In this document: positions 44,060 through 44,197 of the stretch, piece by piece
Layout of the letters: every line of letters begins with the position of its first letter
Numbering within the stretch: position 1 is the stretch's first letter
Origin: Candidatus Dormiibacterota bacterium
GTDB lineage: Bacteria; Chloroflexota; Dormibacteria; Aeolococcales; Aeolococcaceae
NCBI GenBank assembly: GCA_003142035.1
Contig: PLOF01000074.1
Span: 51,205-95,401, forward strand
Length of the DNA: 44,197 bases
Direction of reading: 5' to 3'
The notes under the pieces: generated by a model
The model's input: only the letters and a program-made list of their open reading frames with translations
Database searches by the model: none
What the model was told of the DNA's origin: nothing
Translations under genes and position numbers: made by a program

Positions 44060-44197
44060 CTAGGCGCTGCTTCCCAGGATCCGTGCGAGGTCGAAGGGGT
44101 GGGGCGGCAGCAGCTGGTCGTACCCGCATTCCGCCGCGGCCTTGTCGGGGCGCCAGCGCAGGAAGCGGGAGGCGTGGCGGAAGCGGTTGCCCTGCAG
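44060..44197 (-). CDS. ATP-dependent DNA ligase (LigC-like), C-terminal end (5' part outside window)
   Basis: Manual translation LQGNRFRHASRFLRWRPDKAAAECGYDQL... contains ligase motif VI (RFRH...RWRPDK); convergent with Prim-Pol. Confidence 0.88.
   Translation of the reverse strand: MQGNRFRHASRFLRWRPDKAAAECGYDQLLPPHPFDLARILGSSA

Overview
High-GC (roughly 70%, estimated by eye) bacterial chromosome segment, mostly housekeeping. The minus strand carries a 16 kb run: hisZ-hisG(short)-hisD-hisB-hisH-hisA-hisF-hisI, a GH15 glycosidase, then argC-argJ-argB-argD-argR-argG-argH with an ARG box promoter. Next come a LAL-type LuxR regulator, a TPR protein divergent from an orphan parA operon (small partner, DUF503, MFS, HelY-like helicase), a beta-propeller surface protein, GATase / NDT-fold / uracil-DNA glycosylase genes and an SCO1664 kinase-like gene. 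The rest holds tRNA-Arg(CCG), a HemK paralogue, a HAD hydrolase, an RDD-CPBP fusion, a MocR regulator with flavin-binding and EamA genes, DedA, an NT5C nucleotidase, Prim-PolC and the 3' end of LigC. The mix of Chloroflexota-like and Actinobacteria-like genes suggests a Terrabacteria soil lineage such as Ca. Dormibacterota (inference only). The most unusual signals are: (1) two consecutive 15-codon mini-ORFs bridging hisB and hisH through three TGATG overlaps at an exact 47-nt period, within a window rich in leaderless promoters and stop/start-coupled uORFs; (2) a 182-bp MITE inserted into a hairpin element whose GTTAAGGAC-N6-GTCCTTAAC core recurs 42 kb away; (3) enzymes with substituted catalytic motifs (HemK HPPY, NDT-fold E->Q, phosphoesterase DxQ); (4) a TPR/HIRAN-like protein divergent from the ParA-adaptor pair. 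No CRISPR array, integrase or transposase was seen.
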